A stretch of DNA of 9,788 bases from Octopus sinensis (taxonomy: Eukaryota), in the NCBI RefSeq assembly GCF_006345805.1, contig NW_021827645.1, positions 1 to 9,788 of the forward strand, read 5' to 3'. A program made the position numbers and the translations under genes. Under the pieces are notes generated by a model that did not search any database, had not been told where the DNA came from, and saw only the letters and a list, made by a program, of their open reading frames with translations. Positions 7,935-9,788 of the stretch are shown in pieces (positions within the stretch are counted from its first letter, which is position 1; each line of letters opens with the position of its first letter).

Positions 7935-8000
7935 GTGGTTAAGAGCTCGAGCTATTAACCCCAAGACTGCGAGTTCAATTCCAAGCAGTGTCTTGAATAA
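7933..8000 (+). mobile_element. tRNA-like head (Pol III internal promoter remnant)
   Basis: TAGTGGTTAAGAGC (3' part of A-box / D-arm), anticodon-like loop CTATTAA (7952-7958), B-box GTTCAATTCC (7973-7982). Not a complete tRNA: no acceptor-stem closure. Confidence 0.75.
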
Positions 8001-8001
8001 A

Positions 8002-8070
<69 letters not shown>

Positions 8071-8071
8071 A

Positions 8072-8111
<40 letters not shown>

Positions 8112-8162
8112 TTATCAATAATGATAATAATAATAATAATAAAATAATAATAATAATAACAA
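8002..8162. repeat. Compound (CTA)n-(CTG)n-(CTA)n-(TAA)n array
   Basis: Direct reading. Confidence 0.95.
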
Positions 8163-8215
8163 CACCAGCAAAAGAATGCCTTAGGAATGAGAACCTGGGT
8201 TCAAAATTCTACCAG

Positions 8216-8261
8216 GACACCTGATGAAGGCTGGAGAGTAAATCAGCCGAAACGTTGTGGT
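8216..8261 (+). ncRNA. Minimal type I hammerhead ribozyme, copy A, intact catalytic core
   Basis: CTGATGA 8221-8227, extra A 8228, stem II GGCTG 8229-8233 / CAGCC 8244-8248, GAAAC 8249-8253, GTT 8254-8256 (predicted cut after 8256). Stem I CAC/GTG followed by an A-G mismatch and a G-U pair; palindromic AACGTT in place of a stem III hairpin. Confidence 0.8.
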
Positions 8262-8301
8262 AACAACAAACAAGATGAGGACACATAATGTAAATAATGT
8301 A

Positions 8302-8313
8302 CAGCCATACTAC
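8302..8313 (+). repeat. Right copy of the 12-bp direct repeat (putative TSD)
   Basis: CAGCCATACTAC, identical to 6733-6744. Confidence 0.8.
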
Positions 8314-8451
8314 GTTACGGCTACCTTACAGTTATATACGATAACTGAAAAAATTGTTCTTAATTATTTTGAATTCAACGGTTCACGTTGAATCAAGCAC
8401 ACATTCTACCAAGTAGAGGAATTTGAGTTCCTACAAATATTCCAGATGCAA

Positions 8452-8525
8452 AGACCAGTGGTCGATGTAACTGACTTACCACTGCCTCAAAATTACTGGC
8501 CTTGTGCAAAAATTTGAAATCAGTG
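8452..8525 (+). mobile_element. Short degenerate SINE-tail fragment
   Basis: GGTCGATGTAACTGACTTACC..CAAAATTACTGGCCTTGTGCAAAAATTTGAAA resembles the tail of another common octopod repeat (recall only). Confidence 0.4.
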
Positions 8526-9179
8526 TGACTCGTAGAGTTAAATCGCTTTTCTTCTAATTCTCAATCTGTCACAGTAGTTGTCCCCTTTCTTTTGCAAAAA
8601 AGTTTTTAATCTAGTAATTTCTTTTGTCAGACATCTGTCTTATAAAACTCTCTTCGTTTTTGCTTGCTTGATAGATATAATCTTAATTCTTATAAATCTA
8701 TCGCTGATCGTTTTACGCTTCAAGATCAGCTTCTTGTTAGATACTTTTTCTTTCGTAATTCCCAACAAGCTAAGTTATTTGTCGCCTTATTGAGAGTATC
8801 CCACCCCACGACCACCACCACCACACTTAAAAATACTTTATCGAGGCGATAGCTCATTCATCCCTCCCGCCGTACATTCCGGAGTTAAATTGGCCATAAA
8901 TGTGTTTATTGTCTAAGTGTTAAAGTTTAGGCGGAAGTGTCATCATTGTCTCTTCTTCCGGTGCAGTGGTGGAGTGGCAAATTCACAGAAACGACATTTT
9001 AAAATTCCTTTATTGACTGTATTACCTGTCACGAATAAATTTTCCAAGACATAAATGATAGAAAATCGCCATTATCTTAATATATATAAAACGTTAAGTC
9101 ACTTCAAGTTTTTTTGTTAATTGGTTTCCCCACATTGTGTCAGGTTGAAAAGCGATTGATGTATCTATGTTTAGGGAGG

Positions 9180-9645
9180 TGTCAGAGAGAGAAGGAAAGA
9201 CAGAGAGAAAGGGGGAAACATAAAGAGATGGAAAGACAAAGAGAGAGTGAAAGGGAAAGACGGAGACAAAAAGAGACCTAAAGAGAAAGAGACCGAGGGA
9301 GAAAAAAGGTGTGGTAAATGGGCAAATAGATAAGTAAGAAGATGAGAGTAGAAGCCAATAGTTGGTGAGACTGAGAATCACGAGTAAGTATTGAATATAA
9401 GGAGGGGTGGATAAAAGAGTGAGAAGAAGAAGAAATAGCGGAGTAAGGGAAGAAAGGTAGAAAGAAGAAAGAGAAACAGCTATAACCAGACGGGAAATTA
9501 GAGAGGTAATGTGATACAATAACGGAAGTTTAGAGAGTGGGAGAATGATTAGTTAAGAGAGAGTGAGAGAGAGAGAGAGAGAGATACAAGGGGAAAAAGA
9601 GAAGGGAGAGCAAAGGAAAGAGAGAGAGAGAGAGAAGGTAGACTA
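9180..9645. repeat. Purine-rich (GA/GAAA) low-complexity tract with (GA)n runs
   Basis: Direct reading; source of the Leu/Ser/Phe-rich minus-strand ORFs. Confidence 0.9.
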
Positions 9646-9788
9646 CTGAAGTGATATAAATCTGGTAAAAAAGGTGAATTTTGAAATAAAAAGAGAAGGG
9701 AATGCACACACACACACATACTCATACACATTTAATTTAAGACAGTTTTATTCGGCTTCATGCTACTTAAGTTTCGCAGGCTTCTAAA

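Larger units (their letters stand above)
6745..8301 (+). mobile_element. Non-autonomous Penelope-like element insertion with inverted hammerhead-containing terminal repeats
   Basis: 12-bp flanking direct repeat; inverted repeats 6797-6886 / 8198-8287 (88/90); internal decayed RT and GIY-YIG-tail coding sequence at 7241-7867. Confidence 0.75.

Noticed and set aside
7933-8000. Functional tRNA gene (Asn-like loop CTATTAA)
   Set aside because: 5' end truncated, stems mismatched, no acceptor stem; treated as a tRNA-derived head.
6140-8301. Hammerhead repeats as a CRISPR-like or prokaryotic repeat array
   Set aside because: Eukaryotic context, mixed orientations, irregular spacing, no cas genes.
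8329-8393. Two small hairpins (CAGTTAT/ATAACTG; ATTCAACG/CGTTGAAT)
   Set aside because: 7-8 bp stems in AT-rich DNA with no supporting context.
4413-8983. Shared 13-mer GGAGTGGCAAATT at ~4413 and ~8971
   Set aside because: No extension on either side; a single 13-mer match is plausible by chance in this much sequence.
9094-9731. Leu/Ser/Phe-rich minus-strand ORFs resembling membrane proteins
   Set aside because: Derived from the purine-rich GA tract; no domain signal.

Overview
Eukaryotic, AT-rich, microsatellite-saturated non-coding DNA with no supportable intact protein-coding gene; the long ORFs in the track are translations of simple repeats. The repeat families look like those I recall from octopod cephalopod genomes (recall, not a database result). 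Main contents: (i) a three-layer nest at 419-1983, in which a tRNA-derived SINE is split in its central microsatellite by an L1/Tx1-like LINE 3' fragment (flanked by (TATC)n on both sides) and by an antisense CORE-type SINE; (ii) a 208-bp TA-flanked pogo/Tigger-type MITE; (iii) three copies of a short repeat carrying a minimal type I hammerhead ribozyme motif (CUGAUGA-A-stem II-GAAAC-GUU). Two of the three are linked through a trinucleotide microsatellite to a tRNA-like (Pol III) head. The other pairing, 6797-6886(-) and 8198-8287(+), is 88/90 identical and forms outward-facing inverted ends of a 1.56-kb unit. That unit has a perfect 12-bp flanking direct repeat and contains a decayed, internally deleted Penelope-like RT/GIY-YIG ORF and a 78-bp palindrome. 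The most interesting candidate system is a Penelope-associated 'tRNA head + microsatellite + hammerhead' module.
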